Below are positions 42,945-58,299 of a DNA stretch of 64,000 bases, in pieces (position 1 is the stretch's first letter; every line of letters begins with the position of its first letter). The DNA is taken from NCBI RefSeq assembly GCF_009914755.1, contig NC_060940.1; one strand, given 5' to 3'. The stretch comes from the human T2T-CHM13v2.0 reference genome, Homo sapiens. The position numbers and the translations under genes were made by a program. The notes beneath the pieces were generated by a model. That model saw only the letters and a program-made list of their open reading frames with translations, did not search any database and was not told the origin of the DNA.

Positions 42945-44738
42945 AGACCTTAACATGTTTTTAAGTAAAATGTATTATTTTTCATGTATAATGTTTGCTC
43001 TGTCTCTCATATATACATAAAAATATAATCATGAAGAGAATTATAATAGCCAACTTTATATTTCAGAGATATTGGCTTGGCATTGCTTTCAGCAGGTATT
43101 TCGACATTAGCCTCTGGAGTGGAGTTGGGGACAGGTTGATTTCAATGTTTCAAAAATATATGAGAACTGTGAACCTATGTTAGTGGATTGCCTATTCGTG
43201 ACTTCTAGTTGAACACTATCAAAATTGACAACTAAAAAAAAAATGAAATGAGAGAAAATGTTTATAGCACTTAAGAGGATAAATTAGTTTCTTTATGTCT
43301 AGATTTTATATTAAATAAAGAGCTTTCAGGAAAAGTAAATGACAGTTAATGATTTTGATTATAATCAGTCAGATTTTTTCCATATTTGAGCAAAAATTGT
43401 AATTGACTTATCCACTGCTTTCAGTGTAGATTAGCTGAATCATCTAACTTATGTCATCTCTTATAAAAATATTGATTGAGATGAAAAATGAATAAATGAT
43501 TTATCTTAAAACAGTTCTATGTTGATAATATAAAAAATACTGACAGTTTCATCTAAAATATGTTTGGATAAGCTACATTATATACGATTCATATCTTATG
43601 TATAATTTTTATATGATATTTGATTTGGTTCATACACAAAGGAACAAATGTTTCTATGTAAGAAAGTTATTTTGCTTATTACAGAATTTAAAACTAAAAT
43701 GATTCTTCCACGATGGCCATTTAACAATTTAAATTTAGGAAACATCTGGCATGTTCAACTGAGTATTTACTTTGCATAATTGTGTTCCATATCTTAATGC
43801 ATTCCCTTTAGCAGTTTCTTTCAGCAAGCAACACATGTAAACTTGTTTCTCGCTAAATATTTTTTATTTAGCAAAGTTTTAGACCTAGAGATTTAAAGAA
43901 AAATTGAAAAGATGTTACAAAGATGAACTCTTGAACCGAATCTTTTATTTTTAAGCATGCAAAACGGTGTGGTTTTTTAAAACCCTGAAGACATAAATGT
44001 ACAACTGAGAACCCAAAGAAAATTGGACTGTTTTGTTTTGTGATTTGATGTCTGAAAAATAAAATCCTTTAGTTTCCTTTCATTTTTCCTGAGAGAATAT
44101 AAACTGTGTTGTGATGTCAAACTCATTCTGAGTTTAGATGCCCCATGGGCAAATCGTTTCATCTAATTAAAACAAAATGAAGACAAATCTCTTACACATA
44201 AATCTTTGATGGTGGGAAATGTAGCTTCATGTTTTTAAAGCCTTCACAGAAGACAAAGTACCTCTCAATCTTGTAACTCTACTTTTTATAGCTACCTAAT
44301 TATTAAGGCATATTTGATATACTGTAATCAATTTATATTTGTGTTTTGTTTAATAATTGGGATCCTTTGGACCGTTTGCTGCAAATATCCTATATTTAAA
44401 AAAAACTTTGTCTAAATATATCATGTAGAAAAATATTTATACCTAAAAATATAAACTCCATTAACAAAAATTGTTCAGCAAAACTCTATTAATTCAATAC
44501 ACTGTATGGTTAATTTTTGTAGCCAATTTTTCCTTTTCTTCTCTCTAATGATGTGATGTTCTTCAATGTCTTCTGAAAACTTGAGCATAGGAAGTTGGAA
44601 GTGTATAAAGCAAAACAAATAGTAAGGAGATAATTTAGAATGCTAATTTTTGAAGGGGAAATATAAATTTTACAACTCTTAGATTGCATTTTAAATTTAT
44701 ATTATCTGTATTTAAGTATTTAAGTTGATTTTCACCAG

Positions 44739-45147
44739 TGTGTTAGTGTGTTTGTGTTGTTGTAAAACAAATAACTAAGACTGGGTCATTTATAAAGAAA
44801 ATAGATTTATTTGGCCCTTGGTTCTGCAGATTGTACACAATGCATAGTGTCAGCATCTGCTTGTGGTGAGGGCCTCAGGAAGATTACAATCATGGCAGAA
44901 TTTGAAGGGGAGCCAGCATGTCATAGGGCAAGAGAGGGAGCAAGAGAGAGAGAGGGAAGGTGCCACACTCTTAAACAACTAGATCTCCTGTAAACTCTTT
45001 ACCACTTATTACCCAAGGGAGGGAACCAAACCATTCATGAGGGATTTGCCCCCATGACCTAATACCTCCCACTAGGCCTCACATCCGACAATACAGGTCA
45101 CATTTTAATATGAGATTTGGAGGGGATAAAACATCCAAACCATATCA
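44739..45147 (-). mobile_element. MSTA/MSTB MaLR solo LTR
   Basis: tgtgttag...gactgggtcatttataaagaaaa...catggcagaa...acatccaaaccatatca. Confidence 0.85.
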
Positions 45148-45925
45148 ACTGTTCACTGCTAACTACTAAATCAAAGAATTAATTTTTTACAGGCAATGTA
45201 TTTTTTTCTTCATTCAAAAGAAAAATACTTGACTGGACCTTATGAGGAGAAAATGTTAATCTCTTGCAGTTTTTAATTAAATAAAATAATTTGAGGCTAT
45301 TTTTGCAAATTAAGGCCATTGAGAAGGACTCTAGACTATAAAAAGATTCCAGACATTTTCTATAAACATATTTCATTATATATATATATATAGTTGTTAT
45401 CATAGTAGATTTACACCATTGCCATCTGGAAGTAATTCCCTTATTCAACACAGAAGGATTTCTCATCCTTCTCCTAAATATTTTCTTCTAGCTCAGAGTG
45501 CCTGTGGCCAAAAACAAGAGATTTTAAAACAACAACAAAAACAAAAAATTCTGCTATCCCCATATGGGTTATCTTTCTTTTGTAGTCTTCTTTTTACTTG
45601 AGTTAAAATATTTCCTTTGAATTCAGACTGACAAAGATATTGAAGGACATCGAATGTCGTTTAGAGCACTGTTCCTGCGCCTGTTTTCACTAGATCAATA
45701 GTGGAGGTGACTGGAGATATTGGAAGAAAGAAATAAACTAGGGTAGCTCATATCACCCATTCCATGTTTTTTGTCTTTAGGATGTCCCAGCCTGCAGTGA
45801 AAATGAATTCTGTTCTGCCTCTGCTATGCGGTAAATTTAGCAATAAAGTTTCTGCTCTGTGCCCTGTACTGGAGTGTAGTGTAGGAAAATCCCTGTTGCT
45901 AAGCACCACGCCAACAACACCATGA

Positions 45926-46241
<316 letters not shown>

Positions 46242-46909
46242 TTCATTATGCTTTATTTCTATGTCTATCTTGAATTGTTTCATATTCAGAGAAAACAGGA
46301 AGGTAAGTTGTTAACATTCTTCATTGCAACAAATTTTTAGAACTAATTCTATATTGAGGAATGTCTTACATTTTAACCAAAACCTTTTGATAAATTACAA
46401 AGTTGCTGAATATATCTAGATCTAAATCTTAAACTATATCTATAGCTATTATATAGATGTATATGATTTATCAAGAGCTATTATCTGGAATATATACTTG
46501 ATTCCTTTTACAATTTTCATAATGTAACCAGAAAATGACCCTTGAGATCCTTGAGAGTGATTATATAAACATACCCTTGATTTGCTATCTCTAGCCTAAT
46601 TATCACAGTTAAAATTTTGGTATCAAAAATGGAGCAAAGATAATAAGACTTGTAAAGCAGCAGACCTTACAAAATGTTAAAAACAATTTTATTTACATAG
46701 TGCATCCACACAGACCTAATTATATGTATTAAACCTAATGTTTAACATTATTAACAAGTCAGAGAATTTAGAAAAATCAGACATAATTTTAGATAAAATA
46801 AATATTAATACTAGTCATTAATATAATCCCTGTTTGATAAAATGACTATATGAAAATAACTGCCCTCAAATTATTTTCAGCTCACATATTTTTAATGAAA
46901 GGAGATGGT

Positions 46910-47201
46910 GGCTGGAGGCAGTGGCTCACGCCTATAATGACAACACTTTGGGAGGCCAAGGCCGCGGATCACTTGAGATCAGGAGTTCAAGACCAACCTG
47001 GCCAACCTGGTGAAACTTTATCTGTACTAAAAATACAAAAGTTAGCTGGTTGTGGTGGTGGGCGTAATCCTAGCTACTCAGGAGGCTAAGGCAGGAGAAT
47101 CACTTGAACACAGGAGGTGGAGGTTCTAGTGAGCCAAGATGGTGCTACTGCACTCCAACCTTTGTGAGAGATCAAAACTCTGTCTCAATGAATAAATAAA
47201 C
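46910..47201 (+). mobile_element. AluS
   Basis: Dimer; TSD aaggagatggt. Confidence 0.88.
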
Positions 47202-47399
47202 AAGGAGATGGTATGGAATCATTATTAATTTTGGGCCCCTCATGTTAGCTAATATGTTTAAACCTAGGTCAAGATAGAAACTGACCCAGATTATTACCAT
47301 GTTTCAGTGCATAATATTTTAAAATAATTCAACACTGACACATAATACTATGCTATTCCACCTAGATATAAAAAAATGGTAAGAGAAGTCTCATGTTCT

Positions 47400-47910
<511 letters not shown>

Positions 47911-48055
47911 TGAAAGTACACCGAAAGTTTTAACTTAACAAATTTTATTTACGCCTCACATTGATGGAGTGATAAAAACAAATAAGTAATACTAATGAAC
48001 GTATAGGATATTTTACAATTTTTTAAAAAATTAGACCCTTATATATACAAAGTAA

Positions 48056-48359
<304 letters not shown>

Positions 48360-48623
48360 GCAAAGTGATTTAAATTTATCAACAATTTTATCTTAACGCA
48401 AAATTTTTGTCATTTGTGATATTTTCCAATAGCTTATCCGAATTCCTTAGGATCAGATTTCAAAATAAGATTTCCAAGTCAGATTCTTTGAAATTACAAT
48501 CCAAAAATATTTAGATTTTAGAAAGGTAATGTGGTAAATATTCTGCCTATTATGGAATAACTCTAGTGGCAAATCATATGAATAATCACATGAACTGGGA
48601 TCAATAAGACTATAAATACCCCT

Positions 48624-49068
48624 GGTCGGGTGCAGTGGCTCACACCTGTAATCCTAGCACTTGGTGAGGTTAAGGTGGGTGGATCACAAGGTCAGAAGAT
48701 CGAGACCATCCTGGCTAACACAGTGAAACTCTGTCTCTACTAAAAATACAAAAAATTAGCTGGGCATGGTGGCAGGCACATGTAGTCCCAGCTACTCGGG
48801 AGGCTGAGGCAGGAGAATGAATGGCGTGAACCCAGGAGGTGTAGCTTGCAGTGAGCCAAGATTGAGCCACTGCACTCCAGCCTGGGTGACAGAGCAAGAC
48901 TCCGTATCAAAAAAAAAAAAAAAAAAATTAGCTGGGTGTGGGCAGGTGCCTGTCATCCCAGCTACACGGGAGGCTGAGGCAAGAGAATTACTTGAAACCA
49001 AGAATTGGACGTTGCAGTGAGCCAAGATCATGCCATTGCACTCCAGCCTGGGCAAGAGCAAAAACTCT

Positions 49069-49102
<34 letters not shown>
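48624..49102 (+). mobile_element. Trimeric Alu (AluY-like dimer plus extra right arm)
   Basis: Left-right-right arms inside one TSD pair actataaat(a/g)cccct (48609-48623 / 49103-49117). Confidence 0.85.
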
Positions 49103-49105
<3 letters not shown>

Positions 49106-49356
49106 ATAAATGCCCCTACATCAGCATAGATCAGATTTTCCAAAACTTAGGTTTAGGTATTCATAACTGTTGAATTTTGTATTTCCACATGAAGAATTGT
49201 AGATCTGCATATATTTTCAAATACTAATAGTTATAATTACATAGTTTATAATTTATAAGTCCAATTTTTGGTTATTTTCATTATTAATACTTTTCCAGTC
49301 ATCTACCCTTTCTAAAAGAGAATACAAAATGCTTCTTTTCCTTTTTTTTTGTTTTC

Positions 49357-52330
49357 AAGGCTAGAACCAAGATGGGGCAAAGGCCGGGGCAGATCTAGGG
49401 CACAAGCAGGGCAGGCTAGGGCAGGGCAATGGCAGGGCCAGCCATGGCAGGGCACAGGCGGGGCAGGGTCAGGGCCACGGCTGGGGCAGGACAAGGATGA
49501 GGACCGGGGTCCAGGCCAGGGCAACGGTATGGCCAGGGCAGAGGTAGGGCCAGAGCCAGGGTCTGGGCAGGACCAAGGCAGGTCCATTGCAGGGCCAGGG
49601 TTCAGACCAGGGCCAGAGCAGGCCTGGGACAGGGCCAGGGCCAGGACCTGGAAAGGGCAATGTCAGGACAAGGGCCATGGCAGGACCAGGAACGGGGCTA
49701 GGGCCAGGACAGGGACAGGGAGAGGGTCAGGGCTAGGGCCAGAATAGCATGCCAGGGGAGAGCCAGGCCAAATTAGGGCCAGGACAGGGTCAGGACCAGG
49801 GCTGGGTCAGTGTATGGCCTTAAGTATTGAAGGGCCAGGGCCAGGGTCCATGCCAGTGCCAGTGCCGGTCTAGGGCAGAGGCAGGGCTATGGCCAGGTCT
49901 AGGACAAGGCTGGGGCAGGGCCAAGTTCTGGGTCAGGGTCAGCACAAGACCAGGACAGAGCCAGGAGAGGGACAAGGCTGTGGTCGGGCCAGGTTAACTC
50001 AGGGACAAGACACCTGCAAATCCACTTCAGGGCCAGGGTCAGGGCAGCACCAGTTCAGGGCCAGGGCCAAGACAGGGCCAGGGCCAGAGCTGTCAGGGTC
50101 ATTGGCAGGGCAAGGGCCATGGCAGGACCAGGGTCAGGAGCAGGGGTCAATGTCAGGCCAAGGCCACAGATAGGACCAGATCTGTGCTAGGGCCAGTGTG
50201 AGAGCCAAGGTAGGGTCAGGGCAGGGCCAAAGGGAGGGCAGGGCCAGGGCAGGGTGGAGCAGGCCCAGGGTAGCACAGGGTTAAGGTAGGGCACGACCAA
50301 CCAGGGCAGGTCTATGGCTGGGGCTGTGGCAGGGCCAGGTCCAGGGCAGGGCCAGAGCCAGGGCAGGGCCAAGACAGTGGCAGCTCCAGGGCAGGGCCAG
50401 GGTTAGGACCACGGACATTTCCAAGGCCAGTGCCAGGGCAAGGGCAAGGGCAGGGCAGGGCCAGGTTCATCTAAGAACCAGGGACAAAGCCAGGCCCACA
50501 GCAGGGCTAGCATCTGGGACAGGGCCATGGCAGGGCCAGGGCCACAAGCAGGTCTGTGCTATGGCCAGGTCCAACACAGTGCCCAGGTAAGGCTAGGGTG
50601 AAGGTCAAGGTAGGGCCAGGGCAGGGTCAAAGCCAGGCTAGGGCCAAGGCAGGGACAGGGCCAGAAGGCAGGGCCAGGAAAGCATAGGGCCAAGGCAGGG
50701 CAGGGCCAGGCCAGTGCCAAGACCTGGGCAGGGCCAGGGAACAGCCAGGGCAGGGCCAGGGCCAGGGCCATGGCCATGGCCTGGGCAGGACCAGGTTTGG
50801 GGCAGGAGCAAAACAAGAGCAAGGACAGTGCAGGATCTTGGCACAGCCAGGGTCCAGGACAGTGTCAGGGCAGGGCCAAGGCAGGGTCTGGGCCATGGTA
50901 AGACCAGCAACAGGGCTGGGGCTAGGCCAGTGACAGGACCAGAGTCAGAGCAAGGGCCAGAGCAGTGCAAGGCCAGGGTAGGGCCAGTCATTTCAGGGTC
51001 AGGGCCAGGGGAGAACCAGGACAAGGTCTCAAGCAGGGAAGGGCCAGGGCCAGGGCCAGGACAGGTCCAGGGCAGGGCCATGACAGGGTCAGGGGCTGCG
51101 TTAGGGCAAGGGCAGGGCCAGAGCAAGGTAAGGGTCAGGGCCAAGGCCGGGGTAGGGACAGGGCAAGAAATATGGCAGGACCAGGGGCAATGCCAAGGCC
51201 AAGGCTGGGCCAGGGCTGAGCCAGGCCAGAGTCAGGGCAGGGCAGGGCAGGGCATGGTATGACCAGTGCAGGACAGGACAAGAGCCGGTCCACAGAGAGA
51301 GCAGGGCTGATGCCAAGAAAAAGCCAGGCTAGTGTCAAGGCTGAGGAAGTGTCAGAGCATATCCAGGGCAGGGCCGGGTCCAGGGCCAGAATCGAGCCAG
51401 GGCACAGCCAAGGCAGGGTAGGGCAGGGAAATAGCAGCAGGGCCTAGCAAGGACTAGGGTGAGGGCTAAGGTAAGACCAGGGCAGGGTCAAAGGCAGAGT
51501 AGGGCCAGGGCAGCATGATGACACATCCAGAGCACAGCAGGGCAGGGTGATGGCAAGACCAGGGGCAGACCACTGTCAGCTCAGGGCCAGGGAAAGGCCA
51601 GTGCAGGGCCAGGAAAGGGTCTGGGTCTGGGTCAGGGCCAGGAACAAGGCAGAGCAGGGCCAGGGCCATGGCAGAGTCAGGTCAGGTCCTTGACAGGACC
51701 AGGTTCCAGGCCAGGGCCAGGGCAGCAGCAGGGGCAGGGCCTGGATAAGGGTAGGGCCAGGGATATGCCAGGACCAGGGCTAGGGCCAGGGACAGGCCAT
51801 AGTGAGGGCAGGGCAAAAGCCAAGGCAGGGTCAGGGCAGGTCCAGGGAGCGGCCAGCACCAAGCGGGGCCAAGGCACAACCATTGGGTAAGGCAGGGCAA
51901 TGGCACCACTGGGCCATGACAGGGCAAGGTCAGTGCCAGGAGAGGGCAGAACAGGCAGGCCCATGGTGGGGCCAGGGCAGGAATGGGCCAAAGCAGGGCC
52001 AGGACATGTCCAAGGCCAGGTCAGGGCCAGAACAGGAGCAGGACCATGACCATTGGCAGGGCCAGTGCCACGACAGGACAAGGGTCAGGACAAGGGGCAG
52101 GGCCAGAGCCAGGGCCAGAGCCAAGGTCAGGCCAGTGCAGGTTCAGGGCAGGGCCAGTTTCAGGGCAAGACCAGGGCAGGGACAGGGTATCACAGGGCCA
52201 AGACAGGGTCAGGATGGGACCAGAGCAGGACAGGGCCGAGACAGTCCAGGTAACAGTAGGGCAGGTACAGGGCAAGGCAGGGCAGTACAGGGCCAGATCC
52301 GTGGCAGGGGCAGGACAAAGCCAGGCCCAT
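49357..52330. repeat. CAGGG-type G-rich satellite, ~3 kb
   Basis: Degenerate cagggc/cagggccagggcagg array; matches the CAGGG repeats described at hominoid pericentromeric duplication boundaries. Confidence 0.9.
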
Positions 52331-53600
52331 TGCCAATGCACCAGTCCTCCCTACAAGGCTCCTACCACCTGGCCACTGCTGCAGCCCGTCCATCACTGCA
52401 AGCCTGACCCCCAACCCTGGCTGCAGCCGCCTGCCCTCCTAGTGTGGCCGCTCTCCTACCGCTCTGGCGCACTGCAGTCTCCGTTGCTGCCACCCACCTG
52501 CAGCGAGGCGAGCCACGGTGTCGCAGGCTCTAGGTGTCTCCTCCTCCTCCTGGCATGGAGCAGCTGGGCGGGCAAAGCCAGAAAAGCCTAGAGGAAGATG
52601 TGAGGGGCGGAAGGGTTAGAGCCTCAACTTGTCATGCTGGCCACTGGGTGGCAGGGGCCAGTTTCAGCAAAGGCACTCTCACCCACCCTCCAAAGTCCAG
52701 CCTCTCCTTTTGGCCCAAGCTGGCCCGGAACTGGGGTCTGGGGTGGGTGCTGGAGATACCACAGCACCCAGCTCCCCACTCCACAGGAATCATTGGGCCC
52801 ACTGGGGCTGCACTCCTCGGGGAGCAGGAGAAGCAGAAAAATTCAGACCCAGCCAACCCTCCGCACCTAGGTGCCAATTCCTGTTCCGGACGCCTCCACG
52901 CACAGGGCCCTGTCCCCCGTGGTGTCCCCAGGGGTGCCTGGCAGCCTCTGAGGCACAGACCCAGAGTGCACAGGCCCAGGAACCACGGTGGGTGTGGGGG
53001 TTCTGCCATGCTCAGGATTCCAACGCAAACGCTGCATGCCTGCTGCACTCCAGTATGACCAAGAGTGGGTCGCCCTCTGGAATGTGGAGTCAGGGAGAGG
53101 AGAACCACTCCTTCCTTGGATGCCAACTCTCCTGACCGCCACCAGCAGTGCAGCCACTGATAGCACCAAACTCGCCCCCCCTCCACGGCTAGTCCTGCCC
53201 TCAATAGCGCCCCCCACCTCCGTCCCCCAATGCCACCAGTAGCGTATACCCAATAGTGCCCTAACGTGTCCTCCTCCATGGGCATTGCAGCCCCAGAAAG
53301 TGCCCATAACCCACCCTCCCTGCCGTGGGAAGTGCAGCCCTGTACAGTGCTACCAACCAGTACCCCTAATGCAGGCAACGACACCCTGCATAGCGCCCCC
53401 AACCCACCCCACACTGCGAAAGGTGCAGCCCTGGATAGCCCCCGTCCTACCACTCTGGTCGTGCTGCACACTCTGTCACCGCCACCACCAACCAGTGAGG
53501 CAAACCAGTGGTCCACAGGCTCTAGCACCCAGCAGCCAGGCACGGAGCAGCTCTCACTGATGGCCAGCTCCTACCACTCTGACCATGCTGCTGTCTCCCT
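52331..53600. repeat. REP522-like GC-rich pericentromeric/subtelomeric repeat
   Basis: Degenerate ~40-45-bp units gcagtgcagcc...atagcgcccccaacc at ~53145-53450; family name from recall only. Confidence 0.45.
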
Positions 53601-53604
53601 GGCC

Positions 53605-54797
53605 ATCTTCTTTGACTACAAAGGAATAAAACTAGGTATCAGTAAGAAGAGTAATTTTGGAAACAATACAATCACATGGAAGTTAAACACTACCCTCCTG
53701 AATAAATGACTAGCGGGTCAATGAAGATACTAAGACAGAAATTCAAAAATTTCATGAAACAAAGGGTAATGAAAACACAGTATACCAAAACTTGTTACGC
53801 AGAAAACAGTACAAAGGCAGAGATTTACAGCTATAAGTGCCTACCATCCAAACAAAAGAAAAACTTCAAATAAACAATACATCTTAAAGAACTAGTAAAG
53901 TAAGAACAAACTAAACCGAAATTAAGAAAATAACTAAGATTGTAGCAGAAATAAAATTGAAATAAGAAACACACAAGATTAAATGAAAAGTTGGTTTTCT
54001 GGAAAGCTAAACAAAATTGACAAACTTTTAACCAGGCTAACTAAGAAAAAAGAGACAAGATTCAAATAAAATCAACAGATTAAAAAAAAGGAGACACTAC
54101 AACTAATAACTTCAGAAATTCAAAGGATCATAACTGGCTATTACATGCCAATAAATTGGAAAGCCTAGTAGAAATTGGCAAATTCCTAGATGCATAAAAC
54201 CTACTTAGGTTGAATAATGAAAATATCCAAGACCAGAACAGATTGGTAACAAGTAATGAGATTGAAGCCATCAGAAAAAGTCTCCCAGTAAAGAAAAGCC
54301 CAGGAACTGATGTCTTCACTGCTGATGGCTTCACACCAAACAATTTAAAGACCTCGTACGAATCCTACTCAAACTATTTTGAAAAACAGGAGGGAATACT
54401 TCCAAACGTATTCTATGAGACCATTATTACTGTGATACCAAAATCAGACAAAGGCATCAAAGAAGGAAACTACAGGCCAGTATCTCTAATATTGATGCAA
54501 AAATCCTCAACGAAATACCAGTGAATCAAATTCAGTAAAACATTAAAAAGATAATTCATCATGATCAAGTGGAATGTATCCCTGGGATGCAAGGGTCACT
54601 CAACATACAATGTGATGCATCATATCAACTAAATAAATGACAAAAACAGTATGATCATGTCAACTGAAACTGAAAAAGCATTTGATGAAATTCAACATCC
54701 CTTCATGCTATTAATCCTCAAAGAAACGGGTACAGAAGAAACATACCGCAACATAATAAAAACTACAGGAAAGACACCCACAGCTAGAATCATATGG
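53605..54797 (+). mobile_element. L1 ORF2 fragment (L1PB/L1MA-type), truncated on both sides
   Basis: The ORF 54210-54524 peptide is ORF2-like (EIEAIRKSLPVKKSPG.D.FT; GILPN.FYE.II..IPK..K; NYRPVSL). Confidence 0.85.
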
Positions 54798-55089
54798 AGG
54801 GAGGTCCAGGCTGCAGTGAGCTGTGATCCCACCAATGCACTCCAGCCTGGGCAACAGAGTGAAACCCTGTCTTAAAAAAATATGTAAAAAGAGGTATGAG
54901 CCTCTTTTATAGGTGCAGTGACTCACATCTGTAATGCTAACATTTTCTGGGAGTCTGAGGTGAGAGGATCTCTTGAGGCCAGGAGTTCAATATCAGCCTG
55001 GGCAACATAGCGAGACCCTTTATCTACAAAAAAATTTAAATATTTGCCAGGTGTGGTTGCATGTGCCTGTATTCTTAAACAATTATAAG

Positions 55090-55650
55090 ATGACCCAGAT
55101 AGTCTATTCCTTAGGGCTATACCCAAGGGAAATGAAAATATACATCCACACTAAAATTTGTACACAAATGTTCATAGCAGCATTGTTCATAATAGCCAAA
55201 AATTGGAAAAAAAACTCAAGTGCCTATCAACAGAGGAACTGATAAAATATGGTATATCCATTCAAAAGATTACTCAGCATTAGAAAAGAGTGAAGTGCTG
55301 ATATACGCAACAGCATGGATAAACCTTGAAAACACTGTGCCAAGTGAAATAAGTCAATCACAAAAGACCATATGTAGTAAGATTTCATTCTGTGAAATCT
55401 CCAGAAGAGCTAAACTCAGAGACAGAAAGTAAGCTAGTTATTGCCAGGGACGAGGGGAAAAGGGAATAAGGATGACTGCTAATGGGTGTGGGATTTCTTG
55501 TGGACTGATGAAAATGGTCTGAAAGTATCTAGACACCTGTCTTGTTTGTGTGATTCTGTGAACATATTATAAACCATAAAATTCTGCACTCAAGGGGTTG
55601 ATTTCATGGTAGGTGAATTTATCTCATTTATCTTTATCTCAATAAAGCTT
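55090..55650 (+). mobile_element. L1MB 3' end
   Basis: caaatgttcatagcagcattgttcataatagccaaa...ctcaataaagc. Confidence 0.75.
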
Positions 55651-55976
55651 TCTAAAGAAACTTTAAAAAGACATCTGTATAACCTACAAAAATAACACAC
55701 TGAGAGACTAAAATGCCTAATTTTTCCATTTTTCTTCTTCAGCGCAATCTCAAGTCAAAAAGTCTTTCCTTCCTATATATGCATATTTTGTCCAGTGAAA
55801 CAAGAAACTCTATTAATTTTTTTATTAGAAATAAAAAAATGCCATGTGTGCTGGCTCACAGCTGTGCTTCCAGCTACTCAGAAGGCTGAGGAAGAAGGAT
55901 CACTTGAGGCCAAGACTGGGAGTTCAAGACCAGCTGAGGCAACATAGCTAGATCCTGTCTTTAAAAATATTTTTTA

Positions 55977-57122
<1,146 letters not shown>

Positions 57123-57369
57123 ATTTAAATTTAAAATTTAAAAAAATCACAGACTACAAATACTCAGGTTTAAGCAAATTCCCACCTTTCTCGAATTAAC
57201 AGTAATTCATATTTGCTTTGTCAAAAATGTTGATATTTACCTGCCTCAACAGAATGAAATCCTAAAAGCCTAGTGTTCTCAAATGATGAAGAGAAAGACA
57301 CATGCATATTTTAATTTAGAATTTTGATTCAGAATTAATTTTAATCTAGCTGGAGTATACATAATCGTT

Positions 57370-57680
57370 TATGTATTTATTTACTTATTTAGGAGACTGG
57401 GTTTCACTGTGTTATCCAGGATGGAATGCAGTGGCACAAGTTGGCTCACTGCAACTTGTACGTCCTGAGCTCAAGCAATCCTCCCACCTCAGCCTCCGGA
57501 GTAGCTGGGACTTCAAGTGCACGCTACCACACCCAGCTAATTTTTGCGGAGACGAACCTCGCTATGTTTCCCACACTGGTCTCTAAGTCCTTGGCTCACT
57601 ACAGCCTCAAGCCCCTGGGCTCAAGCAATCTGCCTCCCAAAGTGCTGAGATTACAGGAGTGAGCCACCGCAATCGGCCTA
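57370..57680 (-). mobile_element. Rearranged AluJ-type
   Basis: Antisense Alu with a repeated ttggctcact...ctcaagcaatc segment. Confidence 0.7.
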
Positions 57681-58299
57681 GTGGATAGTGTATACTAAGC
57701 AACATATACCCTGCTTTTGCCTAGAACATACTGAAAACATGGCATTAAAACAATCACAAAAGTTGGGAGCTGAGAAAAATCATATACTGTAAAACAAATC
57801 TGACAGATATTAATCTCAGGAAGCTCCTGAAAATGTTTCAAGAACTCCTATGCTGCACTCTCCCTAATAATTTAGACTTTCTACAGATATTTTCTGATCA
57901 TCTACCGTGTGCCAGGCACCATGCCAGGTACCAAGATGCCATGGTGAGGTATACACAAAACCGGCTCCTGCTTGCGGGAAGCCTACTCTCTCAAACAGTG
58001 CTTGCCAAGCTCGACTGATCACAACTTGGGAGCTTGTTTAAGTTCCAAATCGGCTTCCCTGCTTAGGTGAGCCACAATCCGTGGCATTTTTATCAGGTGC
58101 TCCCAATGATTCCTACGCTCTAACGGGTTTGGGAGGAAAGGGTGGGGGTTAGCTCGAGAGCCCAGAGCCATCCGTTCCAGCAGGAGCCCCACCTCTAAAG
58201 TCCATGTCGCTCAGCATCCTTCCCCCTGACTAGTGGCCTAAACACAGCAGGAAGCTGAGGTGGGTGGAACGCTTTCCAAAACAGCACTCTGTGATGAGC

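Noticed and set aside
49312-53709. Many G/Q/R/P-rich ORFs, including a 303-aa one
   Set aside because: They derive from CAGGG and REP522-like repeats; low complexity, overlapping in many frames, no recognisable domain.
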